Below, piece after piece: positions 59,802 through 60,908 of a stretch of DNA of 60,908 nucleotides. The DNA is from Deltaproteobacteria bacterium. GTDB lineage: Bacteria; Desulfobacterota; Binatia; Bin18. A program made the translations under genes and the position numbers. The notes beneath the pieces were generated by a model that was not told the DNA's origin, ran no database searches, and saw only the letters and a program-made list of their open reading frames with translations. How positions within the stretch are numbered: position 1 is the first letter of the stretch; each line of letters begins with the position of its first letter. Location: assembly GCA_009692435.1 (NCBI GenBank), contig SHZE01000005.1, forward strand, positions 1 through 60,908, in the 5' to 3' direction.

Positions 59802-60203
59802 CTAGCGGATAAACAAGATCGGGCAGTAGCCAAACGGGATGAGCGGATCGAACTCAGTATGGTCTGTGGTGATGACCGTTCCATTAAGGCGACGAGCAAG
59901 TGTCAAGCAGAACGTATCGGGGAGAGCGATGGCATGCTTGCCTTTGAACGTGGCCGCTTCCTTCCAGAAGGCAGTGTCATGGTCATCTCGCATGGTGAGG
60001 CCGGTGTCAAGCAATGATTGCAGAGCATCCTCCGCCACGCCCTCCCCACGTCGCCGAAAGTAGATGTAATAGATCTCCATCAAGTTGAAGATGTGCGCGT
60101 AACAGGTGCTCTCTGGTTCGGTCAGCACCTGTTCGACAACGCCAGCCCCTGGTTCATCATCCAGAAAGGCAATCATAGGGCCAGCATCAAGGACGTAATT
60201 CAC
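59802..60203 (-). CDS. PIN-domain (VapC-like) toxin
   Basis: 'YVLDA..E', 'NLME', 'LPD..C', 'TTDH.EF'. Confidence 0.88.
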   Translation of the reverse strand: MNYVLDAGPMIAFLDDEPGAGVVEQVLTEPESTCYAHIFNLMEIYYIYFRRRGEGVAEDALQSLLDTGLTMRDDHDTAFWKEAATFKGKHAIALPDTFCLTLARRLNGTVITTDHTEFDPLIPFGYCPILFIR

Positions 60204-60508
60204 GCTTTGGCTCCGGGGATGCGGTGTTCTTCTCGTACCTTATCTATTTGACGTTCTCGATGAAGGGCCTCGGTGGCCGAATCTGTAGCTGTGTGGGCAA
60301 ACTTTCCCCGAATGCTTTTCACCACAGCAACAAACGCCAAGTCGCGCTCGGTAGGAGTCTCATCGTTGGCTGGGGACTTGAGTGTGACGGCCGAGAGGTA
60401 GGTTTGCAGGAATTGCTCCGCTACATTCACCGCGTCAACGCCTCGCGCTTGGGCGAGTGCTCGTAAACGAGCTTCTATTTCTGGTAGTAAGTGTAGTGTT
60501 AACGTCAT
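60200..60508 (-). CDS. Putative antitoxin (RHH-like N-terminus)
   Basis: SD GGAGG, 'MTLTLHL.PEIEARLR..A..RG', GTGA overlap with the PIN gene. Confidence 0.7.
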   Translation of the reverse strand: MTLTLHLLPEIEARLRALAQARGVDAVNVAEQFLQTYLSAVTLKSPANDETPTERDLAFVAVVKSIRGKFAHTATDSATEALHRERQIDKVREEHRIPGAKA

Positions 60509-60535
60509 GGTTATCCTCCGACCATTCTTTGCAAT

Positions 60536-60619
60536 TCGATCTCCAGCATTCTCTCATTCGACTTCAACTTTGACTTCACCTATAGGCTCTCTTCAACTCC
60601 ATTCCCGCATAAAAAGCAA
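60536..60619 (-). repeat. Degenerate direct copy of 59674-59771 (5' end and leader of the aspartic protease gene)
   Basis: Shared blocks TCGATCTCCAGC, TTCGACTTC-ACTTTGACTTC, CCTATAGG, TCTTCAAC, AAGCAA; this copy lacks the ATG region. Confidence 0.85.
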
Positions 60620-60671
60620 TAACACCAGATTCCGCGGAAACAACCGAGACGGTCGCTCCCAGCGCCACAAG

Positions 60672-60708
60672 AAACAAGGGCGCGGTATGTAACCGCGCCC
60701 TTGTTTTT
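60672..60708. terminator. Rho-independent terminator-like hairpin
   Basis: AAACAAGGGCGCGGT-atgta-ACCGCGCCCTTGTTTTT, just downstream of the partial gene at 60726. Confidence 0.8.
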
Positions 60709-60725
60709 CTACTGACTACTTGTCG

Positions 60726-60908
60726 TTAGTACAGCAGATACTGGAACTCCAACCAGATGCTATCTTTGGTCTTGAATGCACCAATCCCAGGACCGTAGTT
60801 CCCATCAATCCAGTTGTAGCGCATGGTCACCGCGAATGGGTCCCAGAACTTCCAGTCAAAACCTGGCTGCATGAGCCACGACCCATTCCAGTCATAAAAG
60901 AAGACGAA
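60726..60908 (-). CDS. 3' end of a second DUF1302-like outer-membrane protein (partial)
   Basis: Reads FVFFYDWNGSWLMQPG..DPF..YNWIDG..GIG..KDSIWLEFQYLLY*, which aligns with the C-terminus of 53619-55364. Confidence 0.8.
   Translation of the reverse strand, partial: FVFFYDWNGSWLMQPGFDWKFWDPFAVTMRYNWIDGNYGPGIGAFKTKDSIWLEFQYLLY

Overview
Chromosomal segment from a moderately GC-rich diderm bacterium; the gene content suggests a deltaproteobacterial-type lineage (inference). Housekeeping genes are metH, amtB, ileS-lspA, selA, selC (tRNA-Sec) and glmU-glmS. Many cell-envelope modules occur in duplicate: two ECF sigma/zf-HC2 anti-sigma operons, two OmpA + glycine-zipper lipoprotein pairs, two GldA/F/G-like ABC + DUF4340 operons and two DUF1302-like outer-membrane proteins. 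Four accessory insertions stand out. (1) A decayed IS end at the window edge truncates a sensor gene. (2) A REP-flanked C39-like peptidase + lipoprotein cassette and an Rpn gene split the alpha-2-macroglobulin-pbpC pair. (3) A secreted TIMP-like protein + metzincin-CARDB protease cassette lies between selC and selA. (4) A PIN toxin-antitoxin module is bracketed by a duplicated 5' end of an aspartic protease gene. Heptamer-repeat hairpins and a 29-bp inverted copy of the amtB 3' end are also present. Four genes carry apparent single-base frameshifts, most likely sequencing or assembly indels. All family assignments come from reading motifs by eye, with no database searches.
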